Made by a program: the position numbers and the translations under genes. A stretch of 64,000 nt of DNA from Octopus sinensis (Eukaryota): positions 113,894,001 to 113,958,000 of the forward strand of contig NC_042998.1 in the NCBI RefSeq assembly GCF_006345805.1. Direction: 5' to 3'. Of the stretch, positions 50,524 through 64,000 are shown piece by piece. The notes under the pieces are model-generated. The model did not search any database, was not told the origin of the DNA, and was given only the letters and a program-made list of their open reading frames with translations. Every line of letters starts with the position of its first letter. The first letter of the stretch is position 1.

Positions 50524-50959
50524 TAAATATAATATAATATAATATAATATAATATAATATAATATAATATAATATAATATATATATATTAAAATCTGGTA
50601 TTTACTCTAACGTTCTTATATACAAAAACAGGTTTCCGCAAATTCTCGCCTACAGATTTCTTCATAAAGTCTTGGTCAGCCTTTGTCTGGACCAGAATAT
50701 ATTATTAACCACATAACCATGTCTACGCCTATTCGTAAGTGCGCATGTGCGCGCATGTGTATGTGCATTTGGGTTTATATGTGTGTGTGTGTAAAGAGGT
50801 GTGTACTTGGATCCCATTGATCTGTACTCTCCAGGTTTCTCGGTTCTCTCTCATCTCTGCAACAAGCTTTGTGTTTGCCAGTATCTGCTGTTCGACATGC
50901 TTTGTCTGTTTTTCTTATATCAACTGGTTCTCATAATAACAGATAACGTAAAATACCAT

Positions 50960-51330
50960 TTTCTTCCCCAACTGTGCCCCATCAACTCAATTCTGTATTC
51001 TTTGATGGCGTTCATTAGTAATGCTATATTTCCATATCATGCGCCCTTCAGTAAATGTTGTTCCCTAGAAACGTTCTTCACCCTCTTCAATATTTTGGTA
51101 TATCTTCCATTTATTCGGCTTTCTATTACTTGCGTAGGTGTATAAGACTCAGATCCATAAGTCAATTTTGGTTTCTACAGCAACGCTACAAAACTTTTAT
51201 AGAAGTCATTAGAAAGATTTGGATCCAATATTGAGCACATGTTAATTTCTGACCTTGCCGTGTAATAAGAATTGATTTTTATTTCACAGTTTTCCTTAGA
51301 TCTTTCGGTTACACATTTAAAGTTTGCACC
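50960..51330 (-). mobile_element. RTE-clade LINE C-terminal remnant
   Basis: Minus strand LTYGSESYT...INGRYTKILKRVKNVS...YGNI...MGH (LLYGSE.WT...LDG.YTRMLR-like). Confidence 0.65.
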
Positions 51331-51569
51331 CGTTTATGATTTAAGTGTTCTTTTAGTCGATTGAAAACCACAAATGTTCAGTCTTATAGTCATTGACGTG
51401 TAGTCCAACGTATTTTGAGGTTTCCTGAACGCATTCAAGTAGTAACTGAAACTCTATGATTAGTATTAACGGTAAGAGCTCTATCATCTACATTATTTGT
51501 ATAAGTAATTATAGTTGAAGCAAGCATGATATCCGCTTTTCTTTTGGAAATGTGGTTATTTCTACTGTA

Positions 51570-51760
51570 TTTGATGCTGCAATAAGTAGTGAGTGCTCTA
51601 AGGTATCAAGAATAGCTGCTATCTCAATTGTAGACTTCAGTAAAGCATTCGATTTAATATACCAAGTCAAACTGTTGCTTATTCTCAGGGGATATTGTAT
51701 CTCAGATACCGTCATAGATGTGATCAATATTTTCTGCAAAGAAATAGCAGTAAAACATCC
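51570..51760 (+). mobile_element. RT remnant (RTE-like), opposite orientation to 50960-51330
   Basis: IVDFSKAFDLI...LLLILRGYCI. Confidence 0.65.
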
Positions 51761-52113
51761 TCAAACCAGGTTTTAAAATCTAAATAAAAGGTATATTGAA
51801 TAATATAATCTGCGGATTGGTTGAAACGTAAAGTTGACCTGAGCATGATTTTAATTTAATGCATGAAGAACTAAATCATATCACAATGTTCTTTGTTCGA
51901 CACCTTAACGATTTTACCAATCCACAACCCTTGACCCGGTTCTAAATGTGAACAACAGTAATGAGAGTGTCAACAACAACATAAACATATATAGGTTTCT
52001 CATACAAATGCTAATTCTGTAGTACTAGCCGGAGTACTACAAGGTACACCTTGGACCTTTATCAATATATATATATATATATATATTTGTGAGTGTGTGT
52101 GTGTATGTGTGTG

Positions 52114-52170
<57 letters not shown>

Positions 52171-52636
52171 TTGCAAGGATGTATGTGCATATAAATATGT
52201 AAGTGTGTGTGTGTGAAGTTACTTGTGAGGCGCTGTGATTTCATAAAGTCTGTTGTACGATCAGGTCATTTGCAACTAAATTGGCAGCTAAAAGAAGCTT
52301 GATGAGCGGAAGAGTTATTTTGGATACCTGGAGGAAGAAAAACAAGACTTGTCAAAGAACAGATGAAATTTGAGGAGTTAGTGGCCATCGAATAATGTGT
52401 ACATATGCGTTCTAATTGCCTATATGCATGCTTGGATGCACGTGTGCATTTCATTCAAATTAAGGACGGAAGAAATAAGTAATCTTCAAAGGTCAATGGA
52501 AGGAATTGGTGCAGGTGGCAACATATCCTCATGCTGGATTAGAAACTATAATAGAAGGTAAATATCACGTTCATAAACTTCATATCTTTCTGTTGTACAG
52601 CGTATTGTCCACTACTCAAGCGGTCTCAATCGTATA

Positions 52637-53159
52637 CGGTAACCCCTCGCCATATCGCGATTCACCTATCTCGCACTCATTACAACGTGGTTCACCTATC
52701 GCGTCTTCAGTACATCGTGGACTTTTCTGGTTAATACATGTAAATTTATATCACAGACTCCTCAGAATATTGCGCGTACCTGCGGTCGATAGGAATTTAT
52801 ATTTTTTTAGATTTTAATTATTTGAGGGGTAAAATAAGCATTTTCATGCCTAGAGATTAATAAACTAATAAATAAAACTACATTACAGTACTGCATTGTA
52901 TAACACATTAATTAAATTCAGTAAAAGAAAGCTCGTAGTGTACCGTAGATGGGTAAACAAATAATTGCACATACTGTATGGAAAATGAAACTCGGGATGC
53001 GAGCGTGTGTTATTCTTTTGCTTTTAGAATAAAATAAATATAAACAAATTATGAAAATAATAAAAAAATATACAGTTCAGTAATGTTTCTACTTCGCGGA
53101 TGTTCACTAATCGCGGGAGGTTTGGGAACGTAACACCAGCGATAGTCGAGGAATTACTA
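52637..53159. mobile_element. Tigger/pogo-like non-autonomous element
   Basis: Degenerate TIRs TA-CGGTAACCCCTCGCCATATCGCG and GCGATAGTCGAGGAATTACTA. No ORF. Confidence 0.65.
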
Positions 53160-53969
53160 TTGTTTTAATTCTTTCCCCACCGAATGTTTGTAACTTTAGT
53201 ATTAATTCTTTTCAACATCAAGAATTTCCACCTCTTTTATGCAAAATATCTTGTATTATTTTTCAAATCGCCCAGATAACAATAGGAATTCGATAATGGT
53301 AAAATAACAAGGTAACTCCTGATTTGGACTGTTCCACCAAAAAGATAACTGCACATTAAGTCGCTATTTCTCTTTGCTGCCTCCAGTTATGCCATATTCA
53401 ACGTGGTGCCGATAAAGCTATCTTCACTTCCTTCATATGGACTCTGATCACTTTGACACATTTTCTAATGGTTCTATCTATACGTATAACATTGGTAGAA
53501 CACTAGTTCTTCCTTCCACAAACGTACGGAGGTTAAATCTTTGGAGATAAACTTTGATTAGAGGGATATTCTGAAACTGTTTTCTCTATTCAAATACTTG
53601 TATTTGTTGAGATATAAATAATGGACTACTTTCATCAAACAAATACTTTTGTTTCTCGGTTTAGGACCAATAAAAACAAACTTCCTAAATCTTTTAGTAT
53701 GAGTAGCACCAACGACTCAACCAGAATGTAATTCTTCTTGGTCGAAGATTTCTGCAGGATTCCACACTAAATTGATCACTAAGAAGTAATAAGTCAATGA
53801 GGATGTATATACGTGATGGTTTGATCTCTTACGAATAGCAGTAAGGTATCTTCAGGCCAGGTTTTAAAATCTAAATCAAAGACATATTGGATAACATAGT
53901 CCACGGACTGGATGAAAGCAAAGTTGACCTAGCATGATTTGAATTCAATGCGAAAAGAGCTAAAACATA

Positions 53970-54530
53970 TGATATAATGAAATTATTATGTATAGTGCTT
54001 TGTTACACAAATCAGCAAAGGTGCATGTGCAGTACATAGAATTATGTACAAAAGTCAGGAAAGTGAACAGTGTATGAGTCATGATATAGATGTGTACATG
54101 CGTATGGAGGTGGGGAATATCAGGTGTAGTGTTGGCGAATTTCAGGAAGCATGGAGGCTTCAAAGAATGCAATGTCTCGGCAACTAACAATTGATGCAAG
54201 TAGTTTGTTCCATGTTTCAGCAACTCTGAGTATGAAAAAGTGTTTCTGAAAGTCATGGGAGCTGTGCTGTTTTCTGACGTTGTAGGCATGTCTTGTAGTT
54301 TCTTTTCTGGCTCTTTGCATTCCAACAGCTATACCTGTGACAACACAGATGCAAAGCTGTCTTTTTCTTTGAATAATCATTCATGGTATGGAAAGGGAAT
54401 GCTTGCACCCATACATGGAGCTCAAAATGGTGCTCAAGGTGATTGTTGGCATGATGGTTAATAATTTTGTGGGTGTTTGCCAGACGTCGGAGCTTCAATG
54501 TATCTATGCCAAGGGAATGGCTATTTATAT
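53970..54530 (-). mobile_element. CR1/L2-type LINE 3' fragment
   Basis: LRRLANTHKIINH and QKHFFILRVAETWNKL..SIVSC...SMLPEIRQHYT. Confidence 0.8.
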
Positions 54531-55422
54531 GAAAATTTGTAATTGTTCAGCCTGATCACCGAGGTCTATAAACAACGGCATTCAAGCCATAACCATTCTC
54601 TTTTTCTAGGATTACATTATTCAATATGTGTTCCATTTCATTTCAAGACAGTAGGATCTAATTTCTTGGAGGTTTTCCATCTATTTCTTTCAAATTGAGT
54701 GACCACGGACAGTTAACCGGATTCGGTAGGAGAATAGTCATCTATTCGAACTGTACTGTTATGCTTTTGAATAAGGTAACCTTATTACTCACTATCACAC
54801 AGAAGAGGATGACATATCTAGCTGTCGTTTTGCTCTCCTTCATCTAATACCAATGAGGGAACCGAACTCAACACTTTCATACCATTAGATATGAAATGAT
54901 TTACTATAGATTTTACTGAGTTATCGAATCTTTCTAAGAAGCCATCCTACCTACCATTTTTCAACTGAAGGAAAGAGACATGAATTCAAGTACAAACTCC
55001 TTAGGAGAGCATGCCCCACAATAAAGAATAGGAACAGTCAAATATAGAAACCCTCAGTTGAATGTTTCATTCAGATAGCATAGCTCCAAGCTATGTGTAT
55101 TCATATAGAGCTGATCTGTAAATGCAACAACACACACAATTGGCGTGGTTTACAACAGACAGCTAGATACGACGTTGAATCGATGGTGTAAATAACAGAA
55201 TATTTGTAGTTTATTATTCTGTTGCTTTCAGTAGTCCTTTTATGAAATGGCTCTACAATTCTTAAAATTTATCACATGCTTGCTTGTATCACTGAAGGAA
55301 TTATTTTGGAATTCTATAGCTGTTTAGTTTCACACTATTGTTTTTCTTGTCACGTTCTTCTCCGCACTCTGACATTACAACTATTTACGTATGCTGTTTC
55401 AAATCTATTTTCTTCCGTGTAG

Positions 55423-55448
55423 ATTTCACAGAACTATTAGATTACATG
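55423..55448 (+). other. Candidate 26-nt micro-exon
   Basis: TATTTTCTTCCGTGTAG|ATTTCACAGAACTATTAGATTACATG|GTGAGT; two frames open. Confidence 0.3.
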
Positions 55449-55756
55449 GTGAGTTTAAATATCCTTAAGCTTATACCTTATCTATTATAAGAACATTATT
55501 GTTCATGTTGGTGTGTTTGTCTTATAGGAAATAGTTGTATGGAATCATGTTGACAGATGAATATAGCGAGGAGATGCAGAGAAAATGATATATTTTAATA
55601 TTTTAGAGGCTGGTAAAATTAATTGTACTGTTAGCTTAGTGTAGTGCAATGTGGAGGGAAAAGGTCGATGGGATACAGTTTCGCAATTACCAGCCGATAG
55701 CTCACGAGGTCAAAACTGCGGCTGTCATTTCGTTGTCATTATGAGTGAAAAACCTT

Positions 55757-56205
55757 AAGGCGGCGAGCTGGTACAATCATTACCGGTCCGGACAAAATGC
55801 TTAGCGGCCTTTCGCATGTCTTTACTTTCTTAGTTCAAATTCCGTCGAGGTTGATTTTACCTTTCATCTTTTCGAGGTCGATAAAATAAGTACTGTTTGT
55901 GTACTGGGGTCGATGTAATCGATTAAAACCCCACCACTCAAGTTTCAGGCCTCGTGCCTATAGTAGAAAGGATTACGAGTAAAAAACCTAAGGTGGCGAG
56001 CTGGCAGAATCGTTCCAGCACGCCGGGCAACTGCTTTGCGGGAATTCGTCTGTCTTTACGTTCTGAGTTCAAATTCTGTATGGGTCAATTTTTACCATTC
56101 ATCCTTTCAGGATCGATAAAATAAGGACCAGTTGAGCGTTGAAGTTGATGTAATCGAATTATCCACCTCCCCAAAATTGATGGCCTTGAGCCAAAATTTG
56201 AAACA
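55757..56205 (+). mobile_element. Two tandem SINE type A copies (55757-55971, 55990-56205)
   Basis: Each has the AAGGYGGCGAGCTGG head, GTTCAAATTC and GTCGATAAAATAAG-type core; separated and flanked by an ~18-bp target-like repeat. Confidence 0.8.
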
Positions 56206-56296
56206 ATTATGAGTAGAAAACCTTGATCTGTATTGCTTCAGTTCAGTTATTTGTTCAGAAACATCTGAAAATGCTACAATAAATTTATCTTTTCAG

Positions 56297-56310
56297 AGGA
56301 AATCAGTGGG
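56297..56310 (+). other. Candidate 14-nt micro-exon
   Basis: TTTATCTTTTCAG|AGGAAATCAGTGGG|GTAAGA. Confidence 0.25.
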
Positions 56311-56739
56311 GTAAGATCTAGGGGAGGGATTCTTTGTTTGACTGAGTAATATAGCATTAAGACAATTTTCTTGAGAACCGATGGCTTAGTCGATTGCAAA
56401 ACACAGCCCATAACATAAGATGTGTCAGTGCTTCGTTATGCTTCCATCGTGTCTTCGTTATTATAAATTAACCCAAGTCATCTTCATCCAGTCGACTTAC
56501 CATCACAAATGTCTCATGCATATATATTTCGTTTCAGACCCGATATATCTCAGTTTATATTATCGAAGATGCCTTTCATTGTTTAAAACTGTATGGTATT
56601 ATCTCCCGGAGATTTAGCTTCTATTACTTGCAGGCCAGCTATCCCTTAAAAGTTTCTTTGCTCCTGCAGAATGTTTTCTGGTTAGAAGTACACAGGCAAA
56701 AACCAGCCAGAGCTTTAACTTATGCAAATATTTAATAAT

Positions 56740-57790
56740 TGTTGTTTATCCCTAGGCCATCGTTGATAAAATAAAGCTATGTTCAAATGTATTCTAATTG
56801 TATTCCCCGACTGATCATTGTTTTTAGCCCTAGGTCAAATTGTTTAGTTGATTGCTCTCTATGGCAGATATAGCAGTCAAATCCCTTTACAGAATATTTT
56901 TCTTTAACCCTTAGGTCAATTCGTTTAGGCGATCACTCCAGATGCTAGAAATGGCATATACCCCACCCTTACTTACCATTGTTTTGTTTTAGCCTTAGGT
57001 TGAATGTATGAAATCATATAGAAATGGAGCTAAATCTTCCTACAGACAATTACTCTTTAACCTTAGGTCAAACGTAGTCGATCATTTAGTTAGTCGATGC
57101 ATATGCTAGAAGGAGCAGCTAAATCTTTCTCGAGGTATTGGCTGCTAGCTAAGGATATATAGTGATCACATCCATGTGACGTAGGGTAAAAGGACAATGC
57201 GTAGAAGAGAAATTAGCTGCTATTTATAACATTTAGAGCAACTACATAAGCGTTTTCTTGAGTATAACCTAAGGCTAAGGAGAGTTTACCTGTTATTTCA
57301 AGCATATACAGATACCACCTAAACGTCCTCATACATTAGAGGAGGTGCTGAAGAACAATGCTCACTGTTAATTTTAATTTATGTAGAGATCACCTAAACA
57401 ATCGCTTACATATGATCAAGTACTAAAGAACAATATTCAGTTGTGGGACTTAGCTGCTATTTTTGCATATCGAGCGCTCCAGCATGTGACGCAGAGTTAA
57501 AGAATTATGCTATTAAAAAGAATTTAACTGCTATTTCTAGCAATTAAATTTTCCTACTGAAGTATTCCTGTCGTATCTTCCTACGGATCATCGTTTTTTA
57601 GCCCTAGGTAATAGGTAAGAGAGCCTTTGGTTAGTTGTTCTATATGTTAAAAGAAACAGCTAAATACCTCCACTGAGCTATGTTCTTTTGCTGTAAGTCT
57701 AATGTATGTCTAGAAATAGTCTGTCTATGTTATACTTCTTTGCTTAAACATAGTAGGGTTTGATTTGAAGCCGAGGTGGCTGCTATTTCC
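56740..57790. repeat. Cluster of degenerate short repeats in both orientations
   Basis: Recurring CCC/CCTTAGGTCAA and TAGAAAT(A/G)GCAGCTAAAT motifs, and the reverse TTAGCTGCTATTT. Confidence 0.5.
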
Positions 57791-58401
57791 ACAAGGAAAA
57801 GGAAGAAAACAACTCGTTGAATCATTTCATCCATCGTTAGACATTTTATTTTCAACGAAATCGTTTTAAATCAGCTTTAAGTAGCTATCAGATTGTAGCT
57901 ACGTTCATTCACGCAACATAGTCTCCGTCACACACAACAACATTGAACCTAAGTAGAATGTTCTTTGAAAATTTTCTGATATACAGCGTTATACGCGTTT
58001 CTTCAGAAGCAATTTCACCTAAATTGTGTCATCAAATCGTTGACTCCCACACTCTGCCGGGTAAAACGACCTGGTTAAGAAGAAATAAATCGTTCAGTAG
58101 AAGTCTACGACACTGATCACATTGATATACTCAGCGACAACCTGTTTTTTTTCTTTTAAGCACATTTTAATCACATCTTTCGCGCACACACACCCACACA
58201 CACACACGCTAACACACACTTACAGATACATACGCACACACTCGCGCGCGCAGAAATGGACACACAAATAAACAATCCTCAAAATTATGTATTTACATAG
58301 AGTTATTTTTCTTGATGATGTGTTTCGTTGTGGTGTGACAGACTTGTGCGTTTTTAATGAAAACTTGTCAGTTACTACAGTGAAAACACTACCTATCTAT
58401 A

Positions 58402-58447
<46 letters not shown>

Positions 58448-58495
58448 ACACACACACACACACACACACGTACACACACAACACACACACACACA

Positions 58496-58543
<48 letters not shown>

Positions 58544-59152
58544 ATCTCTCTGACTATATTTCTCTTTCAACAACAACTTTTTCTCCTCCCCTTTTCTCTT
58601 CATAAATATGTTGCGACATGGGTTATCTCTCCTTTTCATCCCCACCTTCTTCCTCCCACCTTTACAGAAATGTTGTTACGGATAGACAAACGGAGTTCAA
58701 CTTCCCTTTTTAAATATAAGACTAGTATTATAACCCGATTTCATTCGGGTCTACTCGGGCCACATTTTAGGGATGAGGAATTAAAAAAAAAACGAAAATT
58801 TTATAAAAAAAAAAAAAAAAAAATGAGAGCAAAAATTCCTAGTAGCCGGAATTTCGCGACAAAATGTATGTTTATTAAGCACAACAGCCTGCAGTGCTTA
58901 AAGCCAATCGCCCAAACCTACAGGGGCTCTGGGCGCCCTTGAATCGATAAAAGTCACTCTTTTTGCCATAGCAACCACATCTTTATAGCTTGCGAATTTT
59001 AATCATCGCGGGTCTCATCCTCACCACACATTTAATATCCCTGCCAATTTTTAACTCGATTCTAGCCTCGGTTTGGCCGCCATTAACCGTCAATGCAAAA
59101 TGTGCATACAATTTTCGTCCAAGGACTGTTTTATAGATATAAATTAGCTATT

Positions 59153-59615
59153 TGCAACAAAAGTAGCCTCTGTGACGAATATCAATTAGCACATCTAACC
59201 CAACTTGGAAGTGTTGTTTATAACATCTTAGACTGCAGTGAATATCCCTGAAATCATTTTGTGTAGATGACAAATGCTAAAAAGCATCGAAAATTCTATC
59301 GGTTGTCGAAATGTCATCAGCACCGACAAATGGCTCTACCCTATTACATGATATCACCGCATTGCGGATCATCAGCGTCAGCTAGCCAAGTCAGTCAAAC
59401 AGATATAAAATAATACAGGCCAAACAGCCAGTGATGTCGCTAAAAGTTGCTCTGTTTAAATTAACTAGTGGTGAGAAACAGCTTGTGTAACGAATATTAA
59501 TTAGCACGTTCCACCTGACTTGGTTGTAGACTGTAAAGAAAGTCCTGAAAATCATTTCTGGATAACTAGAAATGCTGAAAAGCAACGAAATTCGCAATGC
59601 GGTGGAAATCGCTCG
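59153..59615 (+). repeat. Diverged direct repeat (~59153-59320 and ~59470-59615)
   Basis: Shared GACGAATAT.AATTAGCAC...TAGACTG...CCTGAAA.TCATTT...AAATGCT.AAAAGCA.CGAAA. Confidence 0.55.
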
Positions 59616-60419
59616 GTACGGTAGTACCATCGACCGTGTATTGCAAAGATAGTTCACTGATTATTGTACGTGAATCTTTACACATTGTTTTTATTTTGAT
59701 TAGCCCCGTGTCAATGTAATTCAACAAACCAGTGAGGAAATATGTTTCAACTCTTACTAATTCGTCTCCGTTTTAGACATATCATATGTAGAAATATATT
59801 TGCAAATGAATCCATTATTTATTGAATTATTTCGCAGAGTGTCCATGATATCTGCAGTCCATTCTGTTGAAATTCACGCGATTAAATATCAGTAAGTCAA
59901 TTAAATATCAGTAAGCGAAGGAGGAATCAGGGTCTTGTCCAAACGTTTTTGACAGTAAAAACGTCATTGAAGTTATCCGGGTGAGACAACCAGTGCGCCG
60001 AAAATCTGTACACACACGCGCAACACACTCACATACGTACACACATGCACACACACACACACATACACACACACACGCACGCATACACACGTATATATGT
60101 GAGTGTGTGCTTATGTTTGTGTAGTGTAACGGCATGAAAAACACTTATACGTGTCTTTGTGGGCAAACATTTCTATCAACATCATGATTCTGTTGTGTAT
60201 CATTAAATCTTCCACAGACGCAAAATATCAGGGTTGGGCTTTTAGTACCTTGAATCCTCAGTACCTAATAACCAAGTGATAATGCTTTCTGAATAGGTAC
60301 TTGTATATATAAGAAAGTGAAGCTGACATTATTCGTTAGCTGCTATCACAGTGAACAGCGGAGGCACGAGACTGAGTAGACATATAAACTGTCTTGTTTG
60401 TAAAGTCAAAGGTATATGT

Positions 60420-60542
60420 TTGCATGTATGCATGCATGCATGCGTTTCTGTGTTTACGTGTGTATTCATATCTATATCTATCAACATCATTACATATATA
60501 TCTGCGTATGTATGTATGTATATATATACATACATACACATA

Positions 60543-60608
<66 letters not shown>

Positions 60609-61511
60609 GAATGTATGTATGTATTTATATGGTAGATAAATATTACAGGGCATTCGTGACCTTCAATCTTTTCCGATACCCTCCCCCGCATTCTAACTAC
60701 AGGCTCAATTCTGAAATCATAAATCTTAAATGCTCACGTTAGTTGCCCGCTCTTCACTCATACTTATTAAAAATATCGCTCAACTATATCTTTGAGATCA
60801 ATCATTAAACATAACAAATTTCATCAGATTATTTTATCGTAATAGATACACATACATACACACATTCATACATACATGAATAAATTTATATGAATTTTTT
60901 TTTGGCGTTTCAATAGCTCTTGAAGTTGTCACAAAAGTAGTTGTCATTACTATGGTATTTGTTGTCAAAGTTATTGTTGTTATCGTCGTTGTCTTTGCTG
61001 TTTTCTATGCTATAATGTTATCTAATCACTCTCAGCTAATATTCACTTTCATGTCTGGAAGTGTTGACTGTAGAATTCTGCTATAAAATATCTAACAATT
61101 CACCTAACAAAAGGCCTGCTTCAATTTGAACTGATACCATCTTTGTAAAATCAAGCAATATCCTTTTATTCTCCTAAGTCAAGCAGTGGCTGGCGGCCAG
61201 CGTTTAAAACTTCCCGACTTAAATAATATTTCAATTAAAACAAAAAGATAAAGGAAAAAGAAAGATGCAAACAACAAAACCAAAAATCCCTTCTTTTCTT
61301 CTAATACAACAGAATAACTATACGCACACACACAGACACATAGACATACTCAAATACATCCATAAATACATACATACATCCGTACGTACACACATAATAC
61401 ACACACACACACACACACATATATATACATACATGCACAGAGAATGGTCTATATATATCTATACATACATACATGCATAAATACATATAACATACATACA
61501 TGGAGAATGGG

Positions 61512-61593
<82 letters not shown>

Positions 61594-62008
61594 GTATATA
61601 CACATATATATACATATATATATATATATAATATATATATATATAATATATATATATATATACATATGTATATACACATATATATACATACATACAGATT
61701 GGACTACATATATATATGTATATATATTTGTATTATAAATATGACTGTATTATATATATTAATGTGTGTGTGATGTGTGTGTATATATGTATATAGACAC
61801 GCATACATACATACACACACATCTATATATACACGTACAGACATATTTATCGATTTATGTATGTATATATAAATGTATATACATATACATATATATACAC
61901 GAATGTCTACATACACATGCATCTAGGCATCTATACATATATGTTTATACACATATATACAATATATACGTACACACACATATATTTATATGTATGTATA
62001 TATATATC

Positions 62009-62088
<80 letters not shown>

Positions 62089-62700
62089 CATACATACATA
62101 CGTATACGTACACAAACTCGTTGTACACGTGTATGTATCTCTGTGTTTGCTTTGTATGTAATTCATTCTTTTAATTTTTCTTCTTTTCACTGTTTTTGCT
62201 TTTCACTTTATAATCGAATGCTAACTTTGAAAATAATATTTCACTGTGCCTTAGGCAACGCACACATTGGGAAAGATCAACGTTGCTGGCGTAACACAGA
62301 AAATACTGACTTCTCTTCTAGTATAATATTGTTTTTACTCTATCTTCCACTTCACCATTGCAATCTCTAATTCATTTTCTATACCACCACCTTCACATTT
62401 TCACCTTAATATCAGCTTCCCTTCTTTCTTCCTTTCTTAATTATTATTCCCTCTCTACAGTGTTCTCTCCTTCTTTCATTCTTTCTTAAATATTTATGCT
62501 TGTGTTGTTCTATCAATTTTACGTATGTACTTATAATATATATATATATATGTCTATATATATATATATCTATATATATATATATATATATTTATACATA
62601 CGTATATATATATACATATATATATGTATGAGTGTATATATATATATACATACATAGGTATATATACATACATACGTATATATACATACATAGATATATG

Positions 62701-62742
<42 letters not shown>

Positions 62743-62844
62743 CGTATATATACATACATATATATATGTATGCGTGTATATATATATATACATACGTATA
62801 TATACATACATAGATATTTGTATGTGTATATATATGCATACACA

Positions 62845-62886
<42 letters not shown>

Positions 62887-62959
62887 ACATGTGTATATAT
62901 GTATACACACATGTGTATATCTATTTAGAAAGATATATGTAAATATATGTGTTTACACA

Positions 62960-63004
<45 letters not shown>

Positions 63005-63441
63005 TATATGTACGTATATGCATATATACATGTATGTATATATGTCAGTACTATTTTATATACCATCATTCCATCATCATATTATTTCAAGTTGTTATTA
63101 AACTTTTTCTTTCTTGTTTTTCTTCTCAAGTTGTTCTTCATCTTAGTTTGGTTGGTGTTGTTGTTGCTATTGTAATGGATGTTGCTGTTACTGTCGTAGA
63201 CTTCATCGATGTTGTGTTTCTTGCTGTTGTTATTGTTCTCTTTCTCGTTATTTTGCATCGCTTTTTTACCAGAATTTTCAAAAACTAAAATAAGAAAAAA
63301 AAAGCAACATGAACATAAACTAAAGACAACAAACGAAAAATATAAAATAAATATCAAAATATATAAATAAATAAACGAATAAGAAAAAATACAACTTACT
63401 GCATTTTTCGCTTGTTTTCTTTAAATGTTATATAATTTATG

Positions 63442-63472
<31 letters not shown>

Positions 63473-63730
63473 ATACATGTATGTATATATATATACTCAT
63501 ATATATATTTCCTATTAATCATAGATATACACGCGCATACGCACATATGTCCACACACACAGACACACACACACACATACACACACACATACACACAGAC
63601 ATATGCGTATATTTATGTATGTATATGTATGTAAATGCTGATGATGTTTTCTTTCAGTGTTGTTAGTGGTGGTGGTGATGATGGTGGGTCCGTGTGTAGG
63701 AGTCTCTAAGTATTTTATACATTTTTCTAA

Positions 63731-63770
<40 letters not shown>

Positions 63771-63819
63771 CATATAGGTACACACACAGACACACACAGA
63801 CACAGACACACACATACAG

Positions 63820-63852
<33 letters not shown>

Positions 63853-63900
63853 TACATACACACACATATATATATATATAAAAGCGCACATTTATATATT
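60420..63900. repeat. Dense (TA)n/(CA)n/(TACA)n microsatellite-rich region
   Basis: Direct reading; source of the YI/HT/CV-rich ORFs. Confidence 0.9.
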
Positions 63901-64000
63901 TGATGTGTGTTCAATTTAATTCTTTTGTCAGAATATCTTAATTTTTTCGATCCGAGGTTACTTTATATAATTCTCAATCACACTTAGAGAAATATCTCCA

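Noticed and set aside
53260-53800. Possibly coding-derived decayed segment
   Set aside because: All frames are interrupted and no motif could be assigned with confidence.

Overview
AT-rich, microsatellite-saturated eukaryotic DNA. Its SINE repertoire looks like that of Octopus; this is recognised from memory, not from a database search. No intact protein-coding gene can be supported. Almost all ORF-track entries are translations of (TA)n, (CA)n or (ATCT)n tracts or of decayed transposons, and only a few unverified short exon candidates remain. The window is a transposon mosaic: tRNA-derived SINEs (3 types); Tx1/L1-, CR1/L2-, RTE- and R4/Dong-type LINE fragments; two Penelope-like elements (RT + GIY-YIG remnants); mariner and DD37D (maT) remnants; non-autonomous Helitrons; MITE-like hairpins; and a 100-N scaffold gap. 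The most interesting signal is a set of type I hammerhead ribozyme (HHR) motifs. The main one lies in a non-coding ~600-bp unit found at two loci (30618-31628 as a fold-back; 41011-42440 as an inverted fragment plus a tandem dimer). Both loci sit in (TA)n with the same outer junctions, and their HHR has an unusually long stem II. The tandem locus predicts a self-excised ~601-nt RNA (retrozyme-like). Further minimal HHRs lie at 22352-22399 and 35404-35446, with decayed ones at 10525-10568 and 31874-31906. Other oddities are a reciprocal templated insertion forming a 414/463-bp inverted repeat, a perfect 238-bp inverted repeat enclosing a 114-bp direct repeat, and three inverted copies of flanking sequence embedded in TA tracts.
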